A DNA stretch of 64,000 nucleotides from Octopus vulgaris (Eukaryota): positions 59,272,001-59,336,000 of the forward strand of contig OX597828.1 of NCBI GenBank assembly GCA_951406725.2. Reading direction: 5' to 3'. Position 1 is the first letter of the stretch. Each line of letters begins with the position of its first letter. Shown piece by piece: positions 1 to 12,825 of this stretch. A model generated the notes under the pieces. It searched no databases and had not been told where the DNA came from. It saw only the letters and a list, made by a program, of their open reading frames with translations. Both the position numbers and the translations under genes were made by a program.

Positions 1-298
1 ACCGACACGAGCTGTTTGGGGCACTTCTTGCTGCATGAGGGGCCATCCCTGCACAGTACCTGCAGGCACTCATAGACAGCATGCCGACCCGCGTAGCAGC
101 TGTCATTGCTGCCAAAGGAGGAGCAACAAGATATTGACTAAATTTCACGATTAATAACAATTATGTGGTGTGCTGGGATATGTTTTAATAAATTTTTGAT
201 TAAAAACGAGTTCGTTTCCGATAATAAGTTAATTAAATTAAGAAAATGTAAGAAAATGTAGAAATTTGAGAAGTGCTAATTAATTTCCGACGCAAGTG
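1..298 (+). mobile_element. Tc1-like DNA transposon, 3' end (transposase C-terminus and right end)
   Basis: 60-137 translates LQALIDSMPTRVAAVIAAKGGATRY*, the typical Tc1 transposase C-terminus; a TGA just upstream sits where Trp is expected; the element ends ...GCAAGTG followed by TA. Confidence 0.85.
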
Positions 299-660
299 TA
301 GGCATAAAGAACTTATCAATACATTCTTTACGACAGCTACGGGAGATTAAATTAGTAAATGGCAACCGTCACTTAATTAAAAAAATATACTCTTAACATA
401 TAGAGATCGCACCACTGCTGCCACCTCTCACAAAAAAAGAGAAAGAATAGAAAAGGGGAGAAAACTCCAAGCGATACATGATCATCTATGAATCGACAAG
501 TATACGCCTGCCTGTATGAAAAATACAACCTAAATAGGATACTGCGGAGAACATGTCAACTTCCCCTACCCCGCCACCACTTGAAGGAAAAGAAAAGACA
601 TGAAATATAGAATTATTGGTTGTCATACATAGATTGATGCGTGTGTCAAATTAATAAAGA

Positions 661-994
661 CTAGCACTATGACCAGCAACACCGGGTCATAGTGCTAGTG
701 CATGCATACACAGCTGCGTGCGTGCGCACATACACGCGAGTACTGTCCAAATCTCCAACCAATCACTTACAGCTGGCTGGCATTCAATTGGTGTATCAAG
801 TTTCGGGCATTTTGATTGGATTTTGGATAGAAAATTCACAAAAAGTCACTTCTATTGATTTTTTAATGGCTTTGCAGGGTAACTGGGGACAGTTTAAAAT
901 GACCATAGAAAGTGCGAGCCCTCTAACTGAAAAATTGTGGATTTGTATAAAGGGCACACACACGGAGAGACATTTTGCCGTTTATATATAAAGA
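661..994 (-). mobile_element. Non-autonomous Helitron
   Basis: Reverse-complement copy of 20972-21344; on the minus strand it starts TC, ends CTAG and has a terminal hairpin. Confidence 0.75.
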
Positions 995-1669
995 AATACA
1001 CTGGAGTGTCAGATAACGTACATTGATAGATTAATAAACTTACATTTGCTTTTGCTATGCCTGTGCGAAACTATATGCTTTGCGTGGGAAGTGGCGAAGT
1101 GAAATTCGTCAGTACTCATAGTCTTTATTTCTTTAAGTTATTAGCATAACAAATGAAGAGTCGCTTAATAGTTCAATCTGTACCATCACCAAAACAAGTA
1201 AAATCCACAGAACTATATACGTACATGCACGCATCGAGCCCTCTCCCTTACACAGTCCAGTCAAAAAGACATTAGCAGTCATCATAAGAAATATACAGCC
1301 GTTTCAAATATCGACAATCTTTCACAAACGCCACGCTACTCTCATACATGCAAATATACACACATGCACACACGCAAACGTGAACGCACGCACACTCACA
1401 CACAAACATACGCAGATAAGCACATGATCTCTCTAGCACACTTACAGGATCCACTATTCTACAGAAACGCAAATCCCTATACACACACATATATACACAC
1501 GTTTGCACGAACGCGCATTTATACACACGCTCTTTCTTTCCATCTCTTCCTCCTTCTCTCATATATATTCTCATGCACATCCTTATAAATATAAATGTAG
1601 AAACCAGCAAACTAAGAGACTGTCAGACCTGATGCCGACCTGGACTAGAAACGGTATGATATTGATACA

Positions 1670-2084
1670 GGCGGCGAGCTGGCAGAATCGTTAGCACGCC
1701 GGGCGAAATGCTTAGCGGTATTTCGTCTGCCGTTACGTTATGAGTTCAAATTCCGCCGAGGTCGACTTTGCCTTTCATCCTTTCGGGGTCGATAAATTAA
1801 GTACCAGTTACGCACTGGGGTTGATGTAATCGACTTAATACCTATGTCTGTCCTTGTTTGTACCCTCTGTGTTTAGCCCCTTGTGGGTAATAAAGAAATA
1901 GGTATTTCGGCTGCTCTTACGTTGTGAGTTCAAATTCCGCCGAGGTCGACTTTGCCTTTCATCCTTTCGGGGTCGATAAATTAAGTACCAGTTAAGCACT
2001 GGGGTCGATATAATCGACTTAATACCTATGTCTGTCCATGTTTGTCCTCTCTATGTTTAGCCCCTTGTGGGTAATAAAGAAATA
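1670..2084 (+). mobile_element. tRNA-derived SINE family A, full unit plus tandem partial unit
   Basis: Head GGCGGCGAGCTGGCAGAA, B-box-like GAGTTCAAATTCC, tail CCCCTTGTGGGTAATAAAGAAAT; second unit restarts near 1901; 16-bp TSD GGTATGATATTGATAC at 1653-1668 and 2085-2100. Confidence 0.9.
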
Positions 2085-2500
2085 GGTATGATATTGATAC
2101 GGGATCGTGAAGGGGGACGAAAGGATGCTGACAAACTCAACTAATTGATCGACCGAACGATAAATCAAAAATCGATTGGTTAATTGGGTAAGTAGTTCAC
2201 CAATCGACAAATAAATCATAAAGAAGTGAAACTGATCTAAATCGTGTTTTTTTTTTTTTTTTGGCATAATGATCCTCCCGAGATACAACAGAATTTGTTT
2301 GAATACACGTGTTCGCACTAAGAACCATGCAGGGCAAATAGAAAAACGATATACAGGCCCAGTTTATGATTTAAATCATTAGAAACTCTTCTTGTATACC
2401 CCCACCTTCTTCTTGTATACCTTCTTGTTCTATAAAGAACAAGTCGAAACTATCATGTTCTCTGTGTAACAACCACCTGTGTATATAAACAAACTTACAT

Positions 2501-2655
2501 TTACATTATTTACATTTGACGGATATTTGTCCTGACCTTGTTAACACAAATAGTCGGCTGATATACTCTCCAGCCTTCATCAGGTGTCATGGGAAAATTT
2601 CGAAACTGGGTTCTCATTCCTAAGGTATTTTCCGATGTTGTTGTTGTTGTTGTTG

Positions 2656-2745
<90 letters not shown>

Positions 2746-2770
2746 TCACTGCCTGGAATTGAACTCGGAT

Positions 2771-2825
<55 letters not shown>

Positions 2826-2985
2826 TAAAATCGGAAAATACCTTGGGAATGAGAACCCAGATTCAAAATTTCCCCCAAGACACCTGATGAAGGCTGGGGG
2901 GGGGATATAGGCCGAAACATTGTGTTAACAACAAACAAGATGAGGACAAATATCCGTCAAATGTAAATAATGTAAATAATGTACA
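2501..2985. mobile_element. Inverted pair of a Penelope-like terminal-repeat segment, each arm with a degenerate hammerhead motif
   Basis: ~2501-2636 is the reverse complement of ~2830-2975, separated by (TTG)n/(TTA)n and (TAA)n tracts; each arm has ACAC-CTGATGA-AGGCTG...GCC-GAnnn-..TGTGT. Confidence 0.65.
2879..2926 (+). ncRNA. Minimal type I hammerhead ribozyme motif, partly degenerate
   Basis: ACAC/GTGT stem I, CTGATGA at 2884-2890, imperfect stem II, then GAAAC-ATT. The minus-strand copy at 2543-2588 has an intact stem II (GGCTG/CAGCC) but GAAAC is replaced by GACTA. Confidence 0.55.
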
Positions 2986-3638
2986 TAATTCCTCATCTCT
3001 TAAATATAGAACTGTATAAATTTTACATTTGTTTTTTAGAAGCGAATGTGTATCGTACGACATGGACAAGACAGTGATATGTCGAACGCAGTGTCGACGT
3101 TAAAACAGCAGAAAAGTTGGGTGACATCACCGCTGTCTTGTCCAAGATAATGCCATATAAGGATAGAAGATAAAAATCTCGAAATTTTTATGGCTTAATT
3201 TTTCTTCATAGAACTCTTCCTACAATTGCGTAACATATTATTTTCCTCCCGCCAAATGCTTCTCTGGATATGAGGAGGAAGTACTGCTCTACCGGGTGAA
3301 TAATTCATTTAATTGCAAGGCAAACCCAACAAAAACAACAACAACAACAATAAATACTACACTTAAACGCGCCATTTTTGGTTTAGGAGTGTGTATACAT
3401 ACATAGTTACACACACACATACATACATACATACATACATACATACATACATACAAACATATATATTTATATTTATACATACACACATACATACTCACAT
3501 ACATATAAGCATGTGTCTATCTCAATTTTCCATCCATTTCTCTGCCTATCTATCTATCTATCTATCTATCTTTTTTCTATCTATCTTCAAATTAATACAC
3601 ACGTAAATATGTACATGCATCTATGTGTGTGTGTGTAT

Positions 3639-3697
<59 letters not shown>

Positions 3698-3938
3698 GTA
3701 AATATACATATAACCATACAATACATATCCACACGCATACACATAAATGTGTAAATCTAGTTGTCCTCTACCATCGGTAACTATGTTTCCGGTCAATAAT
3801 AATCGCCATTTCCGTTTTCAGTGCTTTCTGGCAAAGCGTATCACCACACCGTTAGATGACCACGTACTAACACACAGACCTACAACCACACACCCGCAGC
3901 CACACACACATATATATATATACACACATACACACATA

Positions 3939-3984
<46 letters not shown>

Positions 3985-4565
3985 TACACACATACACACA
4001 CACACATACACACTCATACTCACTCTCTCCTGAATGAAATCGTCACACAGTTAATCTACATCGAATGTTTATCTAAATGCAAGCAGCTTTGTGTATGGAC
4101 AAACATTGCAAAATGTGAGTATATATTTATATATGCTTCATACATACACAGATAGATTTACATGCGTAGATTTAATCTATCCATAGCCATATGAATATGT
4201 GCTTTAATCGAGTTCTTAAAACATAGAATTTCCTGTGCACACAGACTTTCGATTTGCTTGAAATTGTAAACAAAATTATCTCAAGCCACACTGTGTCTTC
4301 ATTAAAAAAGGAAGAGCTCATTGTATATTAATAATCTTGTTGAGTTTTCAAATCTAAAAAGTCAGGATGGTTAGTGTTGAAATACGTCTGATTATAGGTC
4401 CGACTGATCACAGCTGTAACAGCTAGAACAACAGCAACAACACCGACAACTACAAAAACAACCAGCACGCAAACACCACCACCACCACCACCTCCTCCTC
4501 CTCCTCCTCCTCCTCCTCCTCCTCCTCCTCCTCCACACAACAAAAACAACAACAGCAGTAGCAGT

Positions 4566-4932
4566 GGAGGCGCAATGGCCCATTGGTTAGGGCAGCGGAC
4601 TCGCGGTCGGAGGATCGCGGTCTCGATTCCCAGACCAGGCGTTGTGTGTGTTTATTGAGCGAAAACACCTAAAGAACCACGAGGCTCCGGCAGCGGGTGG
4701 TGGCGACCCCTGTTGTACTCTTTCGCCCCAACTTTCTCTCACTCTTTCTTCCTGTTTCTTGTCCCCGACTTCCTACGCAACCGCTGAGCCTGGATGTGCA
4801 TTCATCCATCCGTCGATGCTCTCGGTGTCGGGGGTTGACCTGCTTTCTCTTCTGCGGGTCTTACGAATAGCAAAGGACCACGTTTCGGACTTCTCCCATC
4901 TTGCGAGCTCTGGGACGAAGACCGTTCGCTCA
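4566..4932 (+). mobile_element. tRNA-derived SINE family C
   Basis: tRNA-like head TGGCCCATTGGTTAGGGCAGCGGACTCGCGG...TCGATTCCC; related reverse copy at ~11846-12115. Confidence 0.75.
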
Positions 4933-5439
4933 ATAGCAACAGCAGCAACAGCAACAGTAGCAGCAGCAACAGATACAACATATCTAAGTACATGTGGTCG
5001 TCATCGGTTTTATCTCGTATCCGAGAATTTCCTTTGCGGAATGTTTCCTTTATGGTGATAGCGTTGATGAATATGTAGACTAATTCTTGCATAGAAGAGT
5101 CTAATGGCATTGACTGCATGGTAACGTTGGCGGAAAACGAGGTTGATTTTGTCGAGCCTTCCTCTTCTGTCATCTGATTTCTTACTTTTCTCTTCGGGTG
5201 GCTTCGAAGATTTTGGTCTCGATGGTGATGGAACACCACCACTTAGAACAACTTGACATCATTTTAAGTACATAACCCCAAACAGACAGAAAAACCTAGG
5301 CTCTCGCTTCAGTTGAAATGTTTTTATTCCTGACAGAACCTGGTGACCAAATGGATCAGATATTGACCTATTAGATAACAACTCCGTAAAATTAATTATT
5401 AGCAAAGACACAGTATTTCTTTTTGCAACCATGATATAC

Positions 5440-5655
5440 TACCAACGTTTGCCACTACATACATTTTTTTCTCTCCTTTTTTTTCTCTCCTTGTTCCTCT
5501 CAATTTTTTTTTTCTGTGTCCCTTTCTGTAGAAGAGTGTAGGCTCGAAACGTAAAAGACTTTTTCTATTCCTGAGCGTTATACTAATACATCTGTTTGTT
5601 TTATACACCACCTGTCTTTGTCTTTTGTTTTTTTTTCGTAAACTCTCCCTATATT
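5440..5655 (+). mobile_element. Short interspersed repeat with a hammerhead-like variant core
   Basis: Second copy at ~36695-36890; both contain CTTT-CTGT(A/G)GA-AGAG..AGGCTC-GAAAC-GTA-AAAG. Confidence 0.55.
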
Positions 5656-5881
5656 AAAGGCTGACATGTCAATATTATGCCTTGCTCTTGTGTTAGCAGT
5701 TCTCATTTTCAAGTGAATCTCTACAAATCCTCCCTAGATCTCTGAACAAGCATCGAAAACTACGATGCTTGGCAGGGCATTGTATTGTTTACGTTGTTGT
5801 GTTCGTGTGCGAAGCGTCCTTGCTTTCAGTGCTGAATCTGAATTCTGTGGAGGATGTGTATATATAATCTTTAAAATTCCT

Positions 5882-6111
5882 ATTTCTTTAATGCCCACAA
5901 GGGGCTAAACACAGAGAGGACAAACAAGGTCGGACAAACGGATTAAATCGAATATATTGACCTTAGTGCGTGACTGGTACTTATTTAATCGACCCCGAAA
6001 GGATGAAAGGCAAAGTCAACCTAGTCGGAATTTGAACTCAGAACGTAGTGGTAGACGAAATACCGCTAAGCATTTCGCCCGACGTGCTAACGTTTCTGCC
6101 AGCTCGCCGCC
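5882..6111 (-). mobile_element. SINE family A
   Basis: Reverse complement of the 1670 unit, including the tail. Confidence 0.9.
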
Positions 6112-6376
6112 AAAATTCCGTCGTAAATACGTTGTACATAGGGCTGCTTATAAACTGTGTCTGGCATGACATTACCCGGTCATCATTTGTGCTGAGTACT
6201 ACCTGCACATGCTGTTAGCAATCGGAGAATTATAAATTTGATGAATTCCTCAACAATTTGCAGTGTTTGGTTCAACTTCTCTTGCTATCAAAGTTGAGTT
6301 GACTAAGTATTTGCATACGAAAATGTAATCTTCAAAATGCTCACAGTACATCAAAGCTCAACTTATCTTTCTCCAC

Positions 6377-6430
<54 letters not shown>

Positions 6431-6751
6431 AGCAATAAATTAGGGTCTCTGAGAGATACCATCATGCTGAAATAGCAGTCAAAACCCTGACCCTAAAACC
6501 ACCTTAAATGTTCATAGAATTCAAACTTACTTCAATATGGATGGATTTACATTTTCAATTTCATTTTCATTTTCTGGAAAACTAAGAGGTTTTTTAAAAT
6601 ACTTTTTTTTAAAACCCGTTATATGACTGTGCAACACTAAAAGAACTTTTAGAAGTCCATTTGTTACCAAAATCTTATTTTTATAGAACTATACCTGATG
6701 TTTCAGGAGTGTAACATCACACCCTTAGATGTTTGGAGAACTCAAATGTTT

Positions 6752-6840
6752 TTTCGGCTGATGAGTACGGGTCACTTATATTTACTGCAATATTTGCAGC
6801 CGTAATAAAGATGTCTTCGTACGAAACAATTGTACCGAAA
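6752..6840 (+). ncRNA. Type I hammerhead ribozyme motif with intact core
   Basis: Stem I TTTCGG/CCGAAA, CTGATGA 6758-6764, stem II GTACG/CGTAC with a long loop, GAAAC 6823-6827, palindromic ACAATTGT stem III, GTA triplet 6832-6834. Confidence 0.8.
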
Positions 6841-6987
6841 TATTAATCCATTCTTGTTGCTTTTTTCTTATTAATAATCACCCCGCATTATCTTATGGTT
6901 AACACCATATAGATTTCTGGTGCATCTAAGTTAAGTACCACATTCATGTGAATTCAACAGAACTCACTTGAATCTTAATTGCTTTTA

Positions 6988-7061
<74 letters not shown>

Positions 7062-8315
7062 TATACAAAGGTAAGTAAAAAAGTAATGCAATTTTTATTA
7101 GACGCACATTTTCAATGGAATTATTCAATATTTGGTACAGATGTAAAGGCATATATATGCTTGATCATTAATTATCTAATTTTGTTTTCAGATATATGAA
7201 TAAATGAAATGATATCAAAATGGCTGCACCGCTGAAAGTCCGCCAGAACAAAGAGCAGTAATTGTGTTTCTTGCTGCCGAAGGAAAATCTCCTGTAGACA
7301 TCCACAAAAGACTGAAAAATGTTTACAAAGTTAAAGCTTTAGACGACAGCAAGTTGCAGGGATGGACCCGCTGTCTGAATGAGGATTCAACAGACGAAAA
7401 AAGAATTGGGAAATTCAAGCTTTCCAGACATACCTCACAATGACAGCCCATAAACTTCTGCCAACCCTATCAAGGAAAAAACCCCGCTTTAGTTAGAGCT
7501 GATAAGCTCATAACTAAAACTGAGCTGGTATAAGAGCTTGAATTGCTGGATCGCTCGAATATCCAAAAGTATGTGTCCGCTAGGTAACAAAATAACTGAG
7601 AAATGAATACAGGCTGAAAAGGTTAACTGTTACACTGTTGTTAGTATGAGACAAAACCTTCTTTGAAAGGCTCATAACCAGTTGTGAAATTTGGATTCAT
7701 CATTATGAACCAGAATCAAAAAGAAAATCAATGGAATAGCGTCTTCTGAGATATCCAAACATGAAAAGATTCAAGGCAGAAAAGTCAGACGGAAAAAGCG
7801 TGCAAGAAGAAAAAACAATCAACTTTGAAGCACCGAGATCCTTAGAAAACTTAGAGCAAGAATCCGCCGAGTTAAACCAAATTTGGAGATAAAGTTCTTC
7901 AACACGATAAAAACAGGCACCACTGAAGCCCTAAAACAAGAGAGGTAGTTAACTCTTTCAGGTAAACCACTGTGTCGTATCTACCCAACTCATCAAGTTT
8001 AGCACTCTCAGACTTCTATCTCTTTGGTTCAATGAAAGAGGCTCTGAGAGGCTAACATTATGTTGGTGATGTAGAAATGAAAACTGCTATGAGAAATTGA
8101 TTACGTCAGTATTCAGCTGAGTTTTACGATGCTGGGATACATGCCCTTACTCGTAGGTGGAACACTACTATTGAAAGAAGTGGTGACTATGTTGAGAAAT
8201 AAGGATGTGAGCCTATGATCTATAACTATATTTTGATGTACGATATATTTGATTGTGTTCCTTATTTTTTTTATCTAATTAAATAAATCGCATTGCTTTT
8301 TAACTCATGATCATA
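7062..8315 (+). mobile_element. Decayed near full-length mariner transposon
   Basis: Transposase fragments WIHHYEPESKRKSME (~7693) and SDFYLFGSMKE (~8007); many stops and frameshifts; imperfect terminal inverted repeats; ~1.25 kb length. Confidence 0.8.
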
Positions 8316-11241
8316 TATACTATCCTAACTATTTACTTCTCTACATAGTTGTGAATGTATTTACTTCTCTACATACATTAACAAATATATAGATATATAG
8401 AGAAAGGAAGACCTCGCATCTTTCTGCAGTGAATCCAAGGGTGCTGGGGAAAGGGATAAAGTAACAAATACTAATCGGTTCCTGAAATATTTTTATTGGA
8501 TTCATCTTGCGGTGAGGATGTTTGTCTCTATGGTCTCCGGGCCTACCGTGGTCGGTGAGATTGTTGTTGTTGTTGTTAATCTTTCTCTTGATTTGTTGTA
8601 AGTCAGTGACTGAGCAAAAAACTTACAGAGACCGAATTTCAGAGGGTCAGCAATCTAGTGGGTATAACCGGTATAATGGTTTGTGCAGAACCTGGCAGAA
8701 TTGTCTCAATGTAGGTGACGCGGGGAAAAGAACTAAGTCGGGAATACTTGAGTTGAGATAGTACAAGTCTGGTTATCTCCAAGGAGTAGATTCACTGTAG
8801 GAGCAACAGCACTTGAGTCTCAGTTCAACTTTTTCACAAGAGGTAATTGAAGGACGTTGATTATTTGTAAGTTAATGAAAGGTGGAAGAGGAGGAGCGTC
8901 CATAACACTTGCTGTTCCTTCCTGGTGATGTTTAAATACCTGTAAATATTGATTGGAGACGAAAATACCTGATGTTATACATTTCACTCGTTTCTACAAC
9001 AACTCTTTTATTGCATACGATTCGACAAAATAAACGACTGTAATTGCAAAGTGAATCGAAACCGGACTGCTAAGTCGATTTATCATCTGCTGCACCTATT
9101 CCAACAATAAAATGACAGACAATACTAAATATAAAATTAATAATAATGCTAAAGGAAGAAAATGATGTTTCCAGTGCATTAAGTTGTTAACTTTCACTTA
9201 ATATCACATCCGTTTTCCAATATTTGTAGACCATTGCTGCTGCCACGGTCATCACCGATCTCACTAACATCAGCAAAATCACCCCCACCATCACCCGCAC
9301 CACTACCACTACCACCACGATCACCATCACCACCATCATCACCATCAGCATTATCATCGATTATTGTCCCAACTGATCCATTAGCCCCCAATAATCAATG
9401 GTCCAGCGCGATGGAAAATGTGTTTGATCGCTCTCGAGATCCAAGCGTGGCCTTAACCAAATAAACCTGTCAACACATTCAAGCGTCGAAACATCAATTC
9501 TATGGCTGTATTAGAGAATAAGTTTTGATTTACGACCGGCTTCCGGTGTTGCAATGTAGATATTGCTGTCATTTGTCACTATATTATTTCTCCTTTGTTC
9601 TGAATAGAGAGAGAGAGTTGGGTGGATGTTGGCTTGTTTTTCAAATGTTCCGTGATGGACAGTAAATCGTTTCATCCATAGTTACGATGTTTCTTTTCGT
9701 AGCATGAAAAAATGAGAAGTTTGTTAGGCCCCAGCTCAATGCCTCCCACTTCCCATTTCTTGGGAGGAAAGTGGCACTGTCCAAAGGTTGCAGACAGCTC
9801 TCTTACTGTGTAGTGCACCCGGTTCTGAGAACACAGAGGGAGAGAGAGGGTGAGAGAGAGGGAGAGAGTTGATCTCAGCAGATTAAGAATTCATAAACAG
9901 GGTCATAAACCCATCATTCTACCAATCGACTGCTCTCTTCGTGATCATGAAGGGGATGATCTCTTCCTCCCCCTCCCCTCCTCCTCCTGCTGTTGTCGTT
10001 CTTGTTGTTGTTCTTCTCCTCCCCTCCTCCTCCCCTCCTCCTCCTCCTCCTCCTCCTCCTACCCGCCTCCTTTTTTTCCTTTCTTCCTTCTTCTCCCATT
10101 CCCTCATCTCATCCTCTTCTTCCCCTCTTTCCCCTTCTTCTTCTTCTTCTTCTTCTTCTTCTTCTTCTTCTTCTTCTTCTTCTTCTTCTTCTTGCTATTA
10201 CCGCTCAAATACAATGGACAGTGCTACTGTTGTTGCTGCCGCTGCCTCTCAACACGCACACACACCCTAGACTCTTTCCCAGTAGAAGACCATTCAATTA
10301 AATGGTTAATTATTCTCTCACTCACCAATACAGATACACTATTTTTCCCTTCTCTTCTATTGATACTAGAAGTGATCATGTTTACCTGAACTAGCTAAGT
10401 GTAGACTATCTGTAGCCATGCCCACTCTATCCACGAGTATGGGAAGCCTACAATGGAACGAGTAGGGTTTCTTCTTCTTTCCAAAAATCCTGAGATATGG
10501 GAACCATTAATTCGAGTCGTTTTATTTCACTTTTTTGCTGCACCGAAGCTGGTAATTTGTAATGATAGAATATTAATTACTTGTGTATATATGTCTATAC
10601 ATGTATATGTGTATACATACATATATTTACATATGCGTACATATATACATGTGTGTGTGAGAGAGAGAGAGAAACAGTGCGTACGCACGCATGAATTAGA
10701 AAAATGTAAGATAGAATGAAAGTAGTTACACTTCAGTTTGGTTCGTAACGCTTCTGGTGTTGGAAGTAAACAAAAATGAATACATATCATAATCTCTTCA
10801 CACACACATGACTGATTAATTTATCTTTAAAGGACGATCACCGTTCAGTCATTTACCTACTTCATGACAATTGCCATTTACATCAATGATTTTCTAGTAT
10901 TTGTATGGAATAGTTAAACCAATTGACAGCATCAAAATATATATGTACATAGTTGTTGTATTTAGGAATGGTCATTTTGCCAGTTTAGCCAATAAAAACA
11001 CATGCACTATATACTTGGTGGCTTACACTGGAATGAGTAGGGTTTCTTCTTTCCCAAAATCCTGAGATATGGGTACCATTAATTCGAGTCGTTTTTTTCA
11101 CTTTTTTTTCTGCACTGAAGCTGGTAATTTGTAATTTGTATTGGCTAAACTGGCAAAATGACCATTCCTAAATACAACAACATCTGTTTCAGCACACGAT
11201 TTCACATCAAGAAACTTGCAAAACAAATATATAAACGTATG

Positions 11242-12250
11242 TACATAGTGTTCGGGCTAAATTTGACAATTTGTTTTATGTCTCTTTTTTTTTTCTGAAA
11301 AAGCTTGGTGTATTCATGAATAGTCAACGGTTTCGGGAGAGCATAAAAATGAAAGTTGTAAATGAGAAAAAGTTAGCTGACATGGAGAACTGAAAGCCAT
11401 CTGGATATTGGAAAAGTGTTACTTGTATCATGAGATTCACGCCGGTTATCAAAATGCCGACATCGTAACTATAGCTCGATGCTCTTGATAAAGGCTAACG
11501 CGACATGAACGGCTACAGGAGGAAGGGACACAGCAGGTGTTATGACTACGTCTAAACGCCGGAATTCATCCCCACATCTTTGAACTGGAGCCTGGGTTCA
11601 ATTTACGTAGATGGTTATGTGGTAAGCTGTTGGAGATTGTGGTCAAATCCTGGCTAGTCAGGATTTGGGGTTGTTGTTGGAAGGTCATATGTGTGGCAGC
11701 AGGATTCGCGTCCTTACTAGTCCTCCAGAGAGACTCGGAAGTTGTAGTCGGAGAATTTCTACGACTTCACCAGCCACAATCTCTGGTTTCCTAATTCCCA
11801 AGGTTGTGATCCCATGGATTACTATGTTGTTTGTTCCTTCTCATAAGGGCCTGTTTCCCGGTTTCCTTGGCGTATAGGTTCCCCACCTGGACGGGACGCC
11901 GGTCCGTCGCAGGTGAGTTGCAAGATGCAGGAGGAAAGAGTGAGAGAAAGTTGTGGCGAAAGAGTCAGCAGAAGTTCGCCATTACCTTCTGCCGGAGCCG
12001 CGTGGAGCTTAGGTGTTTCACTCATAAACACACACATCGCCCGGTCTGAGATTCGAACCCGCGATCCCTCGACCGCGAGTCCGCTGCTCTAACTACTAGG
12101 CCATGTGCCTCCACATTGATTACGATGGGTGGAGCGTGGTTGAGAAAGACATCAACCACTCTGCCTGCAACACTAAGGCTGAGCTGGTGAGCAAGATAAA
12201 GGAAGCATTCGAAGAAAATGTGAAGCCGTGGTGGAAGTTGAGAGGGGCTA
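11242..12250 (+). mobile_element. Decayed Tc1/mariner-like element interrupted by a SINE
   Basis: TA-initiated TIR-like start and transposase-like remnants (DY..WSVVEKDIN..ACNTKAELVSKIKEAF) resuming after the SINE. Confidence 0.5.
11846..12115 (-). mobile_element. SINE family C
   Basis: Reverse-strand relative of 4566-4932 with B-box GGTTCGAATCTC; the 3' part differs. Confidence 0.75.
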
Positions 12251-12470
12251 CTTTGAGAAAACTATTACCCCCCCCCCCCACCAGCCATAATCTCGTTGAT
12301 ATTTTTTTTGTTAAAAGAAAGTTATTTTTGGAAGGAATAGTGTTTTCTTCTTTCATTCAGACTCTCAAATTTATCCCGAAACCCTGCATGTATGTATGTA
12401 TGTATGTATGTATGTATGTATGTATGTATGTATGTATGTATGTATGTATGTGTGGGTGTGTGTGCGTGTG

Positions 12471-12503
<33 letters not shown>

Positions 12504-12825
12504 GTATGTTATAGCTGAATGCTTAAGAAGTTCGTTTCGCAAACAGAACACGAGGTCTTGGGTCTTGAGTGAAACTTCGTAGGTGGAATCCTCGTGGAAG
12601 TCCGTTGGACGGAGAATACTTGTGATTTAAAGGTCCACCAATGCCGCATATTGTCACAATATTTTTGTTCTGTTTTCTTGTTTTAATGTTATTTATGTTC
12701 AGATTTCAAATTCGCTGAGGTCGACTTAGCATTTCAGCCGTTTGTTGTCGATAAAATAAGTACCAGCTGAACACCGGGGCCGATGTAATCGACTTACCAC
12801 CTCCCATGAACTGGCCTTGTGCCAA

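Noticed and set aside
4566-4645. tRNA gene call for SINE heads (also ~43000 and ~17930)
   Set aside because: The heads continue into multi-copy SINE bodies and lack a clean cloverleaf.
9194-9464. Pro/Ser-rich and Gly/Asp-rich ORFs
   Set aside because: Degenerate (CAC/CAT)n trinucleotide repeat.
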